Part shown: piece after piece, positions 27,529 through 37,867 of the stretch | How the letters are laid out: every line of letters starts with the position of its first letter | How positions within the stretch are numbered: the stretch's first letter is position 1 | Origin: an uncultured delta proteobacterium | GTDB taxonomy: Bacteria > Myxococcota_A > Polyangia > Polyangiales > Polyangiaceae | Assembly (NCBI GenBank): GCA_963716725.1 | Contig: CAVQUB010000012.1 | Span: 96,001-160,000 of the forward strand | Reading direction: 5' to 3' | Length of the DNA: 64,000 nt | Translations under genes and position numbers: made by a program | The notes under the pieces: generated by a model | Databases searched by the model: none | Seen by the model: the letters and a program-made list of their open reading frames with translations, nothing else | What the model was told of the DNA's origin: nothing

Positions 27529-28077
27529 ATGCCCACGGTGGTCCACTACGTCGTCGGGCTTGGCTCGAATCTTGGCGATCGCCGGGGGCACCTGGTCCGT
27601 GGCGCCGCCCGGGTCGCGGAGCTGGGTCTGATCCTCGGCCGCTCGGCGATCTATGAGTCTCCCGCGTGGGGCGGGCCGGAACAGGGGCCCTTCCTCAATG
27701 CTGCCTTGTCCCTGGCGACGGGGCTGGAGCCCGAGGCGCTGCTCGAAGCCCTGCTCGAGATCGAGCGTGAGCTCGGCCGCGAGCGACGCGTCCGATGGGG
27801 GCCCCGCACGGTGGATCTGGACGTCCTGTGGGCCGACGGTCTCGCCTTCTCGTCCGCGGTTCTGCGGATCCCTCACGAGCGGCTCGCCGAGAGGACCTTC
27901 GCCCTCGGTCCGTTGCTCGACGTGGTCCCGGAGGCTCGTCCACCGGGCGGACCGGAGCCTTATGCAGTGGCGTTTCGTCGGCTGCGCCTGCCCCGGCTCG
28001 AGCGGGTTTTCGAGCCCGACGAGTGGTCCCAGCCCTCTGCTGAATCCGGCGTCGCGCCCCATCACGCACTGCGCTAG
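27529..28077 (+). CDS. folK: 2-amino-4-hydroxy-6-hydroxymethyldihydropteridine pyrophosphokinase
   Basis: GLGSNLGD, FLNA, IERELGR, RWGPRTVDLDVL, IPH...RTF. Confidence 0.96.
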   Translation: MPTVVHYVVGLGSNLGDRRGHLVRGAARVAELGLILGRSAIYESPAWGGPEQGPFLNAALSLATGLEPEALLEALLEIERELGRERRVRWGPRTVDLDVLWADGLAFSSAVLRIPHERLAERTFALGPLLDVVPEARPPGGPEPYAVAFRRLRLPRLERVFEPDEWSQPSAESGVAPHHALR

Positions 28078-28225
28078 ACACGCCGGACGCGAGGTGGTAC
28101 GTCGCGCGCGCCGCCGGCGAGGAAGCCTGTGCGTGGCGCAAGCCCGCTCGGCCCCCCGACCGGTCCGGCGAACTCGGACTACCGAAAGCTCCCGAGCGCG
28201 TCTCGGGACTCGCCAGGTGACTACC

Positions 28226-28699
28226 GTGATCGACAATCCCATGCTCGGCGCCGCGATGAGCGGGGGGATCAGCATCGACTTCGACAAGACCTTCGTCTTG
28301 CAGATGGGCATCTTCGCGCTGCTCATCATCGTCCTCAAGCCACTGCTTTTCGACCCCATCCTCCGGGTCTTCGAGGAGCGCGAGAAGCGCACGGACGGCG
28401 CCCGCGCCGACGCTCGGGCCATGCAAGAAGAGGCCGGGCAGCTGCTCCGACGCTACGAGTCGGAGCTCGAGCGGGTGCACCGTGTGGCCGCCGAAGAGCG
28501 AGATCACCTCCGCGCCGAGACCACCAAGCTGGAGGCCAGCATTCTCGGAGAGGCCCGCGCGGTGTCGACCCGAGTCGTGGAGGAGGGCCGGAAGAAGATC
28601 GAGACCGAGGTGAATTCGATTCGCTTCGACCTGGGGCGGCAGACTGAACAGCTTTCGCGCGACGTTGCGTCGCGTGTGCTCGGACGGGAGGTGCGCTGA
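28226..28699 (+). CDS. ATP synthase F0 subunit b'
   Basis: IDFDKTFVLQMGIF...LLFDPILRVFEERE then coiled coil; first gene of the atp cluster; start uncertain. Confidence 0.88.
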   Translation: MIDNPMLGAAMSGGISIDFDKTFVLQMGIFALLIIVLKPLLFDPILRVFEEREKRTDGARADARAMQEEAGQLLRRYESELERVHRVAAEERDHLRAETTKLEASILGEARAVSTRVVEEGRKKIETEVNSIRFDLGRQTEQLSRDVASRVLGREVR

Positions 28700-29442
28700 T
28701 GAGCCGCCGACACCTGATCGCGTCCGCGCTGCTCGCGGCGCTCACCCTGCTCTTCAGCCAGCTGGCCTGGGCCGAGAAGTCAGCGCCGCACGGCGGACCG
28801 GCCGCGGCCCACGGGGCGGCGGCGGAGGGCGGTCAGGGCGAGAGCCACGGCGCCGACCACGGCCCGGCGCCGATCAACTGGTATTACGGGATGCTGCTCG
28901 AGACCGACACCCAAGAGCCGAACCTCCTGTTCCGGCCCAAAGGCATGCAGCCGCCGCTCGGGGCGATGATCCTGAACGCCGGGATCCTCTTCTTCGTCAT
29001 GTATCGTTTCGGACGCCGGCCGTTGGCCGAGGCGGTCAAGAAGCGCAAGGCGTCGATCATGCATGGCATGGACGAAGCCGGTCGCATGCGGGACGAAGCC
29101 GAGGACCGCCTCGCCGGGTACGAAGAGAAGCTCGAGTCCATCGACGAAGAGGTCGAGCGGCTGAAGCGCGAAATGCGCGCAGCCGGCGAGGCCGAGCGGG
29201 CCCGCATCCTCGCCGAGGCGAAGGAGCGCAGCCAGCGCATGGAGCGCGAAGCGCTGATCTTGATCGAGCAAGAGCTCAAAGCCGCGCGCCAAGCCCTGGT
29301 CAGCGAAGCCGTCGAGGGCGCGGTCAAGAGCGCTGCGGCGCATTTGGCCAAGGAGATCGGCGCCGCCGATCACGCCCGCATGGCGGACGAATATCTCGCG
29401 GCGCTCGATCAGGCCGTCATCACCAAGGGAGGTCAGGCGTGA
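28699..29442 (+). CDS. atpF: ATP synthase F0 subunit b with a His-rich N-terminal extension
   Basis: ILNAGILFFVMYRFGRRPL...KRKASI then coiled coil; operon position. Confidence 0.88.
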   Translation: MSRRHLIASALLAALTLLFSQLAWAEKSAPHGGPAAAHGAAAEGGQGESHGADHGPAPINWYYGMLLETDTQEPNLLFRPKGMQPPLGAMILNAGILFFVMYRFGRRPLAEAVKKRKASIMHGMDEAGRMRDEAEDRLAGYEEKLESIDEEVERLKREMRAAGEAERARILAEAKERSQRMEREALILIEQELKAARQALVSEAVEGAVKSAAAHLAKEIGAADHARMADEYLAALDQAVITKGGQA

Positions 29443-29987
29443 TCAGTTCTGCCATCGTCGAGCGCTACGCCCGAGCGATCTTCGAGCTCGGCGTCGAGTC
29501 GGGCCAGCTCGAACACCTCAGCGCGCAGTTGCGCGATCTCTCGGCGCTCTTCGCCACCAGTCGCGAGCTGCGAATGGTGGGAGAGAACCCCCTGATCCCC
29601 GACGATCAGCGCGACGCGGTGCTCAAGGAGCTCGGCGGCCGCCTTGGCGTCGGCGACCTCGCTCTCAATACGGTCCGCCTCCTGGCACGCCGGCGTCGAC
29701 TCTCCGCCCTGCCGGACATCGCCAAGCGGCTCGGCGGTCTGGCCGACGAGAAGGCCGGCGTCGTGCGCGCCAAGGTCGTGAGCGCCGCGCCGCTTTCCGA
29801 GGACTTCTACACGAAGCTCGCGCAAAAGCTCGAAGCCAAGACCCGCATGAAGGTCGTCATCGAGCGCGAGCAGGACCCGAGCCTGATCGCGGGTGTCGTG
29901 ACCAAGATTGGCGACAACACCATCGACGGCAGCCTGAGGGGGCGACTGTCGGCCATGGAGCGCAACTTGCTCCAAGCTCGCGTTTGA
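29439..29987 (+). CDS. atpH: ATP synthase F1 subunit delta
   Basis: RYARAIF; DPSLIAGVVTKIGDNTIDGSLRGRL. Confidence 0.95.
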   Translation: MISSAIVERYARAIFELGVESGQLEHLSAQLRDLSALFATSRELRMVGENPLIPDDQRDAVLKELGGRLGVGDLALNTVRLLARRRRLSALPDIAKRLGGLADEKAGVVRAKVVSAAPLSEDFYTKLAQKLEAKTRMKVVIEREQDPSLIAGVVTKIGDNTIDGSLRGRLSAMERNLLQARV

Positions 29988-30044
29988 TTTTCTCTCTCTT
30001 GCTCAACTCAGCGACCTGAACGGTCCTTGCCCTGCGATAGAACC

Positions 30045-31727
30045 ATGCAGCTCAGCGCCGACGAAATCAGTCAGATCATCAAGAAGCAGATCCAGAACTT
30101 CGATCGCGCTGCCGTGGTCACCGAGACCGGTACCGTGCTCACCAGCGGTGACGGTATCGCACGCGTCTACGGTCTCGAGGGCGCCATGTCCGGCGAGCTC
30201 GTCGAGTTCCCGGGAGGCATCTTCGGGCTCGTGCTGAACCTGGAAGCAGACAACGTCGGCATCGCGGTGCTCGGCGACGCCACCGCGGTGAAAGAGGGCG
30301 ACATCGTCAAGCGCACCGGGCGCATCGCCGAGATCCCCGTGGGCGAAGCGGTGGTGGGCCGCGTGGTCAACGCGCTGGGCCAACCCATCGACGGCAAGGG
30401 CGCCATCGAGAGCAAGGAGCGACGCCGCATCGAGGTGAAAGCTCCTGGCATCATCGGCCGTCAGCCCGTGCGCGAGCCGTTGCAGACGGGCCTCAAGGCC
30501 ATCGACGCGATGATCCCCATCGGTCGCGGACAGCGCGAGCTCATCATCGGCGACCGGCAGACGGGAAAGACCGCCATCGCCATCGACACCATCATCAACC
30601 AAAAGGGCAAAGACGTCTTCTGCGTCTACGTCGCCATTGGTCAGAAGGCCTCGACCGTCGCCCAGGTGGTGGACAAGCTGAAGGCCCACGGGGCCATGGA
30701 ATACACCACCGTGGTCGTGGCCACGGCGATGGAGACGGCCCCCCTGCAGTTCCTCGCGCCCTACACCGGCGTCAGCATCGGCGAGTACTTCCGCGACACG
30801 GGTCGCCACGCGCTCTGCATCTACGACGACCTCTCCAAGCAGGCCGTTGCCTACCGCCAGATGTCGCTGCTCCTGCGCCGGCCGCCGGGTCGCGAGGCGT
30901 ACCCCGGAGACGTGTTCTACATCCACTCGCGCTTGCTCGAGCGAGCCGCCAAGATGGGACACCGCTGGTTCGTCGTGAAGAAGGGCCAGAGCGTACCGCC
31001 CGGCGATTGGAGCTTCCGTGGCGTGGACGGCAGGACGCACCTCGGCGAAGAGGGCAAGCACGAAGCCGAGAAGTCCCTCGAAGCGCAGGCCAACAAGGGC
31101 GAGCTCGAACTCGCTCACGATCCGCACTCGGGTGGCTCGCTCACGGCGCTGCCGATCATCGAGACTCAGGCGGGCGACGTCTCCGCGTACATCCCGACCA
31201 ACGTGATCTCGATCACGGACGGTCAGATCTTCCTCGAAGGTGACTTGTTCTACTCCGGCGTTCGACCGGCCATCAACGTCGGCATCAGCGTGAGCCGCGT
31301 GGGCGGCAACGCGCAGATCAAGGCGATGAAGAAGATCGCCGGCACCCTGCGCCTCGACCTCGCTCAGTACCGAGAGATGGCTGCCTTCGCGCAGTTCGCC
31401 AGCGATCTCGACGCTTCGACCCGGGCTCAGCTCGAGCGCGGGCAGCGCCTCACCGAGCTGCTCAAGCAGGGGCAGTACGTGCCCTTGCCCGTCGAGAAGC
31501 AGGTGTTGATCATCTACGCGGGCACCAACGGCTTCGTAGACAAGCTGCCCGTGGCCTCCCTGAAGTCGTTCGAGCAGGAGCTGTATCGGCACGTGGACGA
31601 AAAGCATCCAGACCTCTGGACCGACATCCGCGAGAAGCGCGAGATCACCGACGAGGTCAAGAAGAAGCTCGACAAGGTGCTCAAGAAGTTCGTCAAGGGA
31701 TTCGTCGCCAGCTCCGACGCCGAGTGA
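30045..31727 (+). CDS. atpA: ATP synthase F1 subunit alpha
   Basis: [44 protein letters not shown]. Confidence 0.98.
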   Translation: MQLSADEISQIIKKQIQNFDRAAVVTETGTVLTSGDGIARVYGLEGAMSGELVEFPGGIFGLVLNLEADNVGIAVLGDATAVKEGDIVKRTGRIAEIPVGEAVVGRVVNALGQPIDGKGAIESKERRRIEVKAPGIIGRQPVREPLQTGLKAIDAMIPIGRGQRELIIGDRQTGKTAIAIDTIINQKGKDVFCVYVAIGQKASTVAQVVDKLKAHGAMEYTTVVVATAMETAPLQFLAPYTGVSIGEYFRDTGRHALCIYDDLSKQAVAYRQMSLLLRRPPGREAYPGDVFYIHSRLLERAAKMGHRWFVVKKGQSVPPGDWSFRGVDGRTHLGEEGKHEAEKSLEAQANKGELELAHDPHSGGSLTALPIIETQAGDVSAYIPTNVISITDGQIFLEGDLFYSGVRPAINVGISVSRVGGNAQIKAMKKIAGTLRLDLAQYREMAAFAQFASDLDASTRAQLERGQRLTELLKQGQYVPLPVEKQVLIIYAGTNGFVDKLPVASLKSFEQELYRHVDEKHPDLWTDIREKREITDEVKKKLDKVLKKFVKGFVASSDAE

Positions 31728-31733
31728 CGTCCG

Positions 31734-32639
31734 ATGGCCAACCTAAAAGCCATTCGCAAGCGCATCGTCTCCGTCAAGAGCACGCAGAAGATCACGCGCG
31801 CCATGAAGATGGTGGCTGGCGCGCGGCTGAACCGCGCCCAACAGCGCATCCTGTCGCTTCGCCCCTACGCGGTGAAGACCGGGCACGTGCTCGCGGAAGT
31901 GACCGCGGCGGCTAGCCGTCGACTGGACGAGGGCGGCGGCGGCATCGACGCCGAGCATCCCCTGCTGGCGCGCCGCGCTGAGAACAGCGTGCTGCTCCTG
32001 GTGATCACCAGCGATCGAGGCCTCTGCGGCGCGTTCAACACCAACATCTTGCGGGTCGCCGAGCGCCAGTGGCGTGAACGCGAGGCGCAAGGCCAGAAGG
32101 TGCAGATCGCGGTGATCGGCCGGAAGGGGCGCGATTTCTTCAAGCGCCGCAGCGCGCCGATGATGCACGTTTTCTCCGGCGTCTGGGACCGACTCGATCT
32201 CGACCAGGCGCGCTCGGTGGCCAAGGTCGTGCTCAAGCCATTCTTGGCGGGCGAGGTGGACGCGATCCTCGTCGTGTACAACGAGTTCAAGAGCGCCATG
32301 ACCCAGCGCGTCGTGGCCGAGCCGCTCTTCCCACTGCCCGTGGCGGCGGTGGAGGAGGCCGCCGAGCCGATCTACGAGCGGGAATTCATCTTCGAGCCCA
32401 ACAAAGAAGCGCTGCTCGAGCGGCTGGTCCCCATGTACGTCGAGATCAGCGTGCTGCGCGCCTTGCTCGAGAGCATGGCCAGCGAGCTGGGCGCACGCAT
32501 GACCGCGATGGACTCGGCTACCAAGAACGCCTCGGAGATGATCGACCGACTGACCCTGAGCTACAACCGCGCCCGCCAGGCGGCCATCACCACCGAGCTC
32601 ATGGAAATCATCGGCGGTGCCGAAGCTCTGAAGGGCTGA
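31734..32639 (+). CDS. atpG: ATP synthase F1 subunit gamma
   Basis: KITRAMKMVA, SDRGLCGAFN, YNRARQAAITTELMEI. Confidence 0.98.
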   Translation: MANLKAIRKRIVSVKSTQKITRAMKMVAGARLNRAQQRILSLRPYAVKTGHVLAEVTAAASRRLDEGGGGIDAEHPLLARRAENSVLLLVITSDRGLCGAFNTNILRVAERQWREREAQGQKVQIAVIGRKGRDFFKRRSAPMMHVFSGVWDRLDLDQARSVAKVVLKPFLAGEVDAILVVYNEFKSAMTQRVVAEPLFPLPVAAVEEAAEPIYEREFIFEPNKEALLERLVPMYVEISVLRALLESMASELGARMTAMDSATKNASEMIDRLTLSYNRARQAAITTELMEIIGGAEALKG

Positions 32640-32775
32640 GCCGACCGGCCTATTTGCCCCGGCTGCCGCCGGGTTCTGTCGAAAAACTGGCGGCGCTCGC
32701 CCCAGAGTGGGAGATACCGTGGCTCTAGCCGCGGTTGAACCATGCGGCCCCGGCCGGAATCAGAGGAGCGAGAAG

Positions 32776-34608
32776 ATGTGCGGCATCGTCGGCTACGTCG
32801 GACCCAAACAGGCCGCCCCTATCCTGCTCGAGGGGCTGCGACGACTCGAATACCGGGGCTACGACTCGGCCGGCTTGGCCGTGCACGATGGCAACGAAAT
32901 CGAGGTGATCCGCGCGGCGGGCAAGCTCGACAATCTCGCCAAGGCCCTCCAGCAGCGGTCGCTGGTCGGGAGCACTGGGCTCGGCCACACCCGCTGGGCG
33001 ACCCACGGGCGACCCAGTGAGCAGAACGCCCACCCCCACGCCGCGGGCGACGTCGCCGTGGTGCACAACGGGATCATCGAGAACTTCCTCGAGCTGAAGC
33101 ACGAGCTTCAGGCGAGCGGCGTCTGCTTCACCAGCGATACCGACACCGAGATCGTGGCACACTTGATTCACCGAGCCCTCGATGCTGGCGCAGCGAGTGT
33201 GTTCGAGGCTCTGCGTCAGACGCTGAGCCAGATCCGCGGCGCGTACGCCCTCGCCGTCGTCAGTCGGCGCGAGCCCGATCGGCTCGTGATTGCCAAGAAT
33301 GCGTCTCCGCTGGTGGTGGGCATCGGCGACGGCGAGACGCTCTGCGGCAGCGACATCCCAGCACTCCTGGGCAGCACTCGCGACATGTTGTTCCTCGAAG
33401 ACGGCGAGATGGCCGAGCTGACGGCGGGTGGGGTGCGTCTCGAGACGCTGGACGGCAGAGCCGTCGAACGAGCGCCCAAGCGCATCGACTGGAGCCCGGT
33501 GCAGGCCGAGAAGGGCGGCTACAAGCACTTCATGCTCAAGGAGATCTTCGAGCAGCCCCGGGCCGTCGAAGACACCCTGCGCGGTCGCGTCAACCTGGAC
33601 GAAGGCGACGTCGTCGAGGCAGAGCTCGGCATCGACGCCGACGCGGCACGCAACATCCAACGCGTGGTGCTGGTGGCTTGCGGGACGAGCCACCATGCCG
33701 CGCTGGTCGGGCGCTACTGGATCGAACAGCTGGCCCGCGTCCCGGCGCACACCGAGCTTGCCAGCGAGGTGCGCTACCGCGACCCGGTCTTTGGACCGAA
33801 AGACCTGGTCGTCGCCGTGAGTCAGTCGGGGGAGACGGCCGACACCCTCGCAGCCGTCAAAGCGGCTCGCGAAGGCGGCGCGCGCGTGCTCGCCATCGTC
33901 AACGTGCTCGACAGCGCCATCCCCCGCGCCAGTCAGGGCGCGCTCTACACCCACGCCGGGCCCGAGATCGGCGTGGCTTCCACCAAGTGCTTCACCACCC
34001 AGCTCGTAGCCCTCTTGCTGTTGGCTGTTCAGTTGGGGCGGCGTCGCGGCGCGCTCGATGCCGAGCGCGGGCGCGAGATCCTGCAGGCGCTCATGGAGTT
34101 GCCCAACGAGATGCGCTGGACGTTGGCACGCAAGGCCGACATCCACCAGGTGGCTCGCCACTGGCACAACGCCCCCCACATGCTCTTCCTCGGTCGAGGG
34201 CTCGGTTACCCCATCGCGCTCGAGGGTGCGCTGAAGCTGAAAGAGATCAGCTACTCCCACGCCGAAGGCTATGCCGCGGGCGAGATGAAACACGGCCCCA
34301 TCGCCCTGATCGATGAGCACATGCCCGTGGTCGTCGTCATGCCTCGCGATCGTCAGTACGAAAAGACGCTCTCGAATCTGCAAGAGGTTCGGGCGCGTGA
34401 CGGACAGGTCATCGCCGTCGTGACCGAGGGTGATACGGAGGCGAAGAAGCTCGCGCAGTGGGTGCTCGAGGTGCCCAAGATGCCGGAGCTCATTCAGCCG
34501 ATTGTGGCGGTGATCCCGCTGCAGTTGCTCGCGTACTACATCGCGGATCTCAAGGGCACCGACGTGGATCAGCCACGCAACCTCGCCAAGACCGTCACCG
34601 TCGAGTGA
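32776..34608 (+). CDS. glmS: Glutamine-fructose-6-phosphate transaminase (isomerizing)
   Basis: MCGIVG, LEYRGYDSAG, GHTRWATHG, SQSGETAD, DQPRNLAKTVTVE. Confidence 0.98.
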   Translation: MCGIVGYVGPKQAAPILLEGLRRLEYRGYDSAGLAVHDGNEIEVIRAAGKLDNLAKALQQRSLVGSTGLGHTRWATHGRPSEQNAHPHAAGDVAVVHNGIIENFLELKHELQASGVCFTSDTDTEIVAHLIHRALDAGAASVFEALRQTLSQIRGAYALAVVSRREPDRLVIAKNASPLVVGIGDGETLCGSDIPALLGSTRDMLFLEDGEMAELTAGGVRLETLDGRAVERAPKRIDWSPVQAEKGGYKHFMLKEIFEQPRAVEDTLRGRVNLDEGDVVEAELGIDADAARNIQRVVLVACGTSHHAALVGRYWIEQLARVPAHTELASEVRYRDPVFGPKDLVVAVSQSGETADTLAAVKAAREGGARVLAIVNVLDSAIPRASQGALYTHAGPEIGVASTKCFTTQLVALLLLAVQLGRRRGALDAERGREILQALMELPNEMRWTLARKADIHQVARHWHNAPHMLFLGRGLGYPIALEGALKLKEISYSHAEGYAAGEMKHGPIALIDEHMPVVVVMPRDRQYEKTLSNLQEVRARDGQVIAVVTEGDTEAKKLAQWVLEVPKMPELIQPIVAVIPLQLLAYYIADLKGTDVDQPRNLAKTVTVE

Positions 34609-34617
34609 GCGCTTCGC

Positions 34618-36249
34618 TCATTTGAACTCGTGCTCCTTCACGAGCAGCCCGGCGCCACCCGCGCCCGCTCCGGCCGTCTGACCTGTTCCGTCCGCTCCGC
34701 CCTGCGCGGCCACGCTCGATACCTGAATGCCGCCGCCGGAGAGCGTGGGCTTCGAGCCGTTGAACGCGATTCCGATGCTCGGGCCGCCCGCGCCGCCTCC
34801 GCCATGACCGCCGGCGCCGCCCTTCGCGCCGGCGCCGCCTGCGCAAGCGCCGGTCCCACCCGCTGCGCCTGCTGCGGCGCTGCCGCCGGCTTGGCCCGCT
34901 CCGCCGGCGCCGCCCTTGCCACCGCTCTGGGCGATGAAGGTCGAGTCGGTGATGCTGACCTCCGAGGCGTGGGACGTGAGCGCGATGCTGGCGCCTCCGC
35001 CCTTGCCGCCTTCGCCGCCAAGTCCTCCGCACCCGCCGCTGCCGCCGCCGCCGCCGGATGCACCGATGGCCGGATTCGGTCCGGTAGGACCGCAGGACGA
35101 CGGCGCCTTGGCCGCGCCGCCGCCTCCGCCACCCTGGCCGTTGTTCCCGTTCAGCCCGAAGCCGCCGGCGCTCGCGGACCATCCGCTCGAGAAGAGAATG
35201 CCCGCGCTCGAGCTGCCCGCGCCGTTGTCGCCGCTCGCGCCCGCCGTTCCGTTCTGGCCTTTGCCGATGGACGCGCAGCTCCAGCCTCCGACAATCGTGT
35301 CGTCCTGTCCGTCCCCGCCCAACCCGCCCGTGACCTTTGGCGCACCGTCGGTTCCGGAGCCGCCCACGCCGGCAGCGACCCCGGCCACGCCACCAAAGCC
35401 ACCCTTGCTCTCCGGAAAACCACAGCCGGTGACGACCTCGGCCCCACCGAGCGCGTCCTTGCCGCAAGCGTTCTTCCCTGGGTTGCCGTTCTTGCCCGGA
35501 TCCGCGACGCCGGGTGTGCTGTAGCCGGCGAGCCCGGCGGCTCCCGCACCGGCCGTCACCGTGAGCCGCGCGAGCTTCACGTTCTTGGAGCCGCCGACCA
35601 CCACGCCCATGCTCGCCGCGCCGGGCGACGTCGCGGCGCCGGCGGAGATCTCGAAGTCCTCGATGCGCGTGCCGAGCACCAGATCCTGCATCTCCACCAC
35701 TCCGCTCGACGGGCCCGTCAGCTTCGTGCGTGAGCCGCTGCTATAGTCCCAGGTGCCGCAGTCGAAGCCTCCGTAGAACTCGACTCCGTCGGAGAAGGCA
35801 TCGAGGGAGATCTGTGTGTCGAAGGCACCCGCGGTCGCGCAAGCGTAGATGCGCTTGTCGTCGAGGGCGGCGGCGCTGATGGCTTGGTCGAATGTCTTGT
35901 ACGGCTTGGCGCGAGTGCCATCGCCGTAGAGATCGTCACCACCTGGTGAGACGAAGACGGCGAAGCTCTCGTGGATCACACAGGGAGCCTCGGACGGAGT
36001 CTTCGTGCCATCGCATCCGGGCCCCCCGCCGCCGAAATTGCTCACCCCCCCACTGCCCGAGGCATTGCCGCTGCCGCCATTGCCGCTGCCGCCGTTGCCA
36101 CTGCCTCCCCCGGCGCCCGAGGCGTTGCCGCTGCCGCCGACGTTTGGATTGTTGGGCGAGTAACCACCGTCACGTTTCGAGCCGCAGGACAGTGACAGCG
36201 CACCGCCGGTGACGAAGATCCCGAGGGCGATCCGAGCTCCGAAGCGCAT
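34618..36249 (-). CDS. Gly-rich (PGRS-like) lipoprotein with a DUF1565-like domain
   Basis: SLSC lipobox, VFVSPGGDD..GDGTRAKPYKT, long GGxG repeats. Confidence 0.85.
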   Translation of the reverse strand: MRFGARIALGIFVTGGALSLSCGSKRDGGYSPNNPNVGGSGNASGAGGGSGNGGSGNGGSGNASGSGGVSNFGGGGPGCDGTKTPSEAPCVIHESFAVFVSPGGDDLYGDGTRAKPYKTFDQAISAAALDDKRIYACATAGAFDTQISLDAFSDGVEFYGGFDCGTWDYSSGSRTKLTGPSSGVVEMQDLVLGTRIEDFEISAGAATSPGAASMGVVVGGSKNVKLARLTVTAGAGAAGLAGYSTPGVADPGKNGNPGKNACGKDALGGAEVVTGCGFPESKGGFGGVAGVAAGVGGSGTDGAPKVTGGLGGDGQDDTIVGGWSCASIGKGQNGTAGASGDNGAGSSSAGILFSSGWSASAGGFGLNGNNGQGGGGGGAAKAPSSCGPTGPNPAIGASGGGGGSGGCGGLGGEGGKGGGASIALTSHASEVSITDSTFIAQSGGKGGAGGAGQAGGSAAAGAAGGTGACAGGAGAKGGAGGHGGGGAGGPSIGIAFNGSKPTLSGGGIQVSSVAAQGGADGTGQTAGAGAGGAGLLVKEHEFK

Positions 36250-36254
36250 GCTCC

Positions 36255-36264
36255 CAGTATACTG
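36255..36264. promoter_or_regulatory. Palindromic bidirectional -10 element (CAGTATACTG)
   Basis: TATACT on both strands, each 6 nt before a start codon (ATG 36249, GTG 36270). Confidence 0.7.
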
Positions 36265-36269
36265 CCGTC

Positions 36270-37028
36270 GTGCAGCTCTCGCTCGTCGTACTGCTCGCCA
36301 TCGTGGCTTTGGCGCTCTTCGCGGGCGTGCTCGTGGTGAGCCAAGTCGCTGGAACGGCGCTGCGCCGCGCGCTGGCCATGACCCGTTGGACGCTGCGATC
36401 TGCCCGACCCATCGGGGAGTTGACCTCGGGGCCGCGACGAGTTCAGGGTTTCGTCGGGCTCGCCGCCGAGCAGGGTGAGCGCGCGGCGCTGCTCACGAGC
36501 CCTATCAGCGGGCGCCCATGCTTGGCCTACGAACTCGAGCTCTCCGCGGACGGGCGCCGTTGCTACACCGAGAGGCAGACGCTTCCTTGCGTGTTGCGGG
36601 ATGGGTCCGGCGAATTGGAGCTGCCGATGTCCACCGCCGAGCTCGTGATCGAGCGGGTCGAGACCTGGCGGGGGGTGCTCGAGTCTGCCCCACCCCCGGG
36701 TCTCTCTCCAGAATTCTGTCAGAAGCTCGTGGCCGCCAAGAACGCATTCGTCGAACGCGAGCGCCTCGCTGCCAACGTGCGCATCGACCTGACGGTCAAG
36801 AGCATCGGGATTGGCGACGTGCTGCACGTCACCGGCGAGGTGATCCAAGGTGGTCAGAGCGTCACCCTCATATCCGGCCGGCCGGTGTGCGTGTCGGACC
36901 GACCTTTCTCCGAAGTCGCGAAGAGCGAGGGGCTGTTTGCCGTCGGAGGGGTGGCCTTCGCGCTGTTCATCGTGGGCGTGGTAGTGGCCGTGGCCACTGC
37001 CATCCTCGGTCGTACGCGAACACCTTGA
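36270..37028 (+). CDS. Membrane protein, possibly GIDE-like
   Basis: N- and C-terminal TMs; LTSPISGRPCLAYE, LRDGSG and GDVLHVTG motifs. Confidence 0.7.
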   Translation: MQLSLVVLLAIVALALFAGVLVVSQVAGTALRRALAMTRWTLRSARPIGELTSGPRRVQGFVGLAAEQGERAALLTSPISGRPCLAYELELSADGRRCYTERQTLPCVLRDGSGELELPMSTAELVIERVETWRGVLESAPPPGLSPEFCQKLVAAKNAFVERERLAANVRIDLTVKSIGIGDVLHVTGEVIQGGQSVTLISGRPVCVSDRPFSEVAKSEGLFAVGGVAFALFIVGVVVAVATAILGRTRTP

Positions 37029-37062
37029 CGAGGACGGCGGCGTTCGCAATTCTTCCGGGTCC

Positions 37063-37830
37063 ATGCCGAGTCGACTTCACCTCGCATCAATGGCTTTGGC
37101 GCTGATCGCGGCCTGCGGAGGGCAGAAACGTGGGCCTGTGTCCAACACGCCACCAGTCGACACGAAGGCGTCGGAGCCCGGCAGTCCCCAGGAGAAGCCC
37201 GCGGCGACGGACGAGAAGTCCGAGGACGAAGGCGGTCCCGTCGAACTACCGACGGCTTGCGCCAAACCGGGCGAGAAGCTCTGCCTGCCGCCGCCCCAAT
37301 TCGTGAAGCGCCTCTGTCAGGGCAACTTCCCCGGCGTCGCGCTGGCGCTGTTCAAGAAAGAGGCGCCGTGGACCCGCGGCTTTCTAACCCGCAAGACCAA
37401 GGCTTGGAACGCTTCGGGCGGAGCGGCTTCCAGTGACGAGCTCGAGTTCGACGAAGAAGTCCTGGTGCTCCGGCACCGAGGCGAGGACATGGGCGGCATA
37501 CAGGTGAGCGGCGCCGGTGGCAGCTACGACGCCCTGCGCTGGAACGGCTCCTGCGTCACGCTGGCCAAAGAAGAGCTCACGCTCAAAAATCCACCCAAGG
37601 CCAAGAACGCGCGGGTCGAGTGGAGACTGATCGACGACGCCATGCGCGAGGTGATGCGCAACGATGCGGAGCTCGACAAGGCCTACAAGGATCGACAGAA
37701 AGAGTGCAAGGGCGCCACGATGGGCACCGTGAGCGACAAATGCGTGAAGCTCGACAACGCCCTGTCCGACGCCATCGTGAGTCACATCCGAGGCGGGGGG
37801 GACGTCGGCAAGCCCGGGCGTATGCCCTGA
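37063..37830 (+). CDS. Hypothetical lipoprotein
   Basis: LIAAC lipobox, Pro/acidic linker, paired Cys. Confidence 0.82.
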   Translation: MPSRLHLASMALALIAACGGQKRGPVSNTPPVDTKASEPGSPQEKPAATDEKSEDEGGPVELPTACAKPGEKLCLPPPQFVKRLCQGNFPGVALALFKKEAPWTRGFLTRKTKAWNASGGAASSDELEFDEEVLVLRHRGEDMGGIQVSGAGGSYDALRWNGSCVTLAKEELTLKNPPKAKNARVEWRLIDDAMREVMRNDAELDKAYKDRQKECKGATMGTVSDKCVKLDNALSDAIVSHIRGGGDVGKPGRMP

Positions 37831-37867
37831 GCCTTTGCCGGGCCGAGGGGCGGCGCTAGCATGCGCC

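Noticed and set aside
30957..31127. Intein in atpA
   Set aside because: Too short and lacks the C/S start and HN end motifs
32640..32775. glmS ribozyme
   Set aside because: The conserved core (AGCGCC...GACGAGG) is not visible
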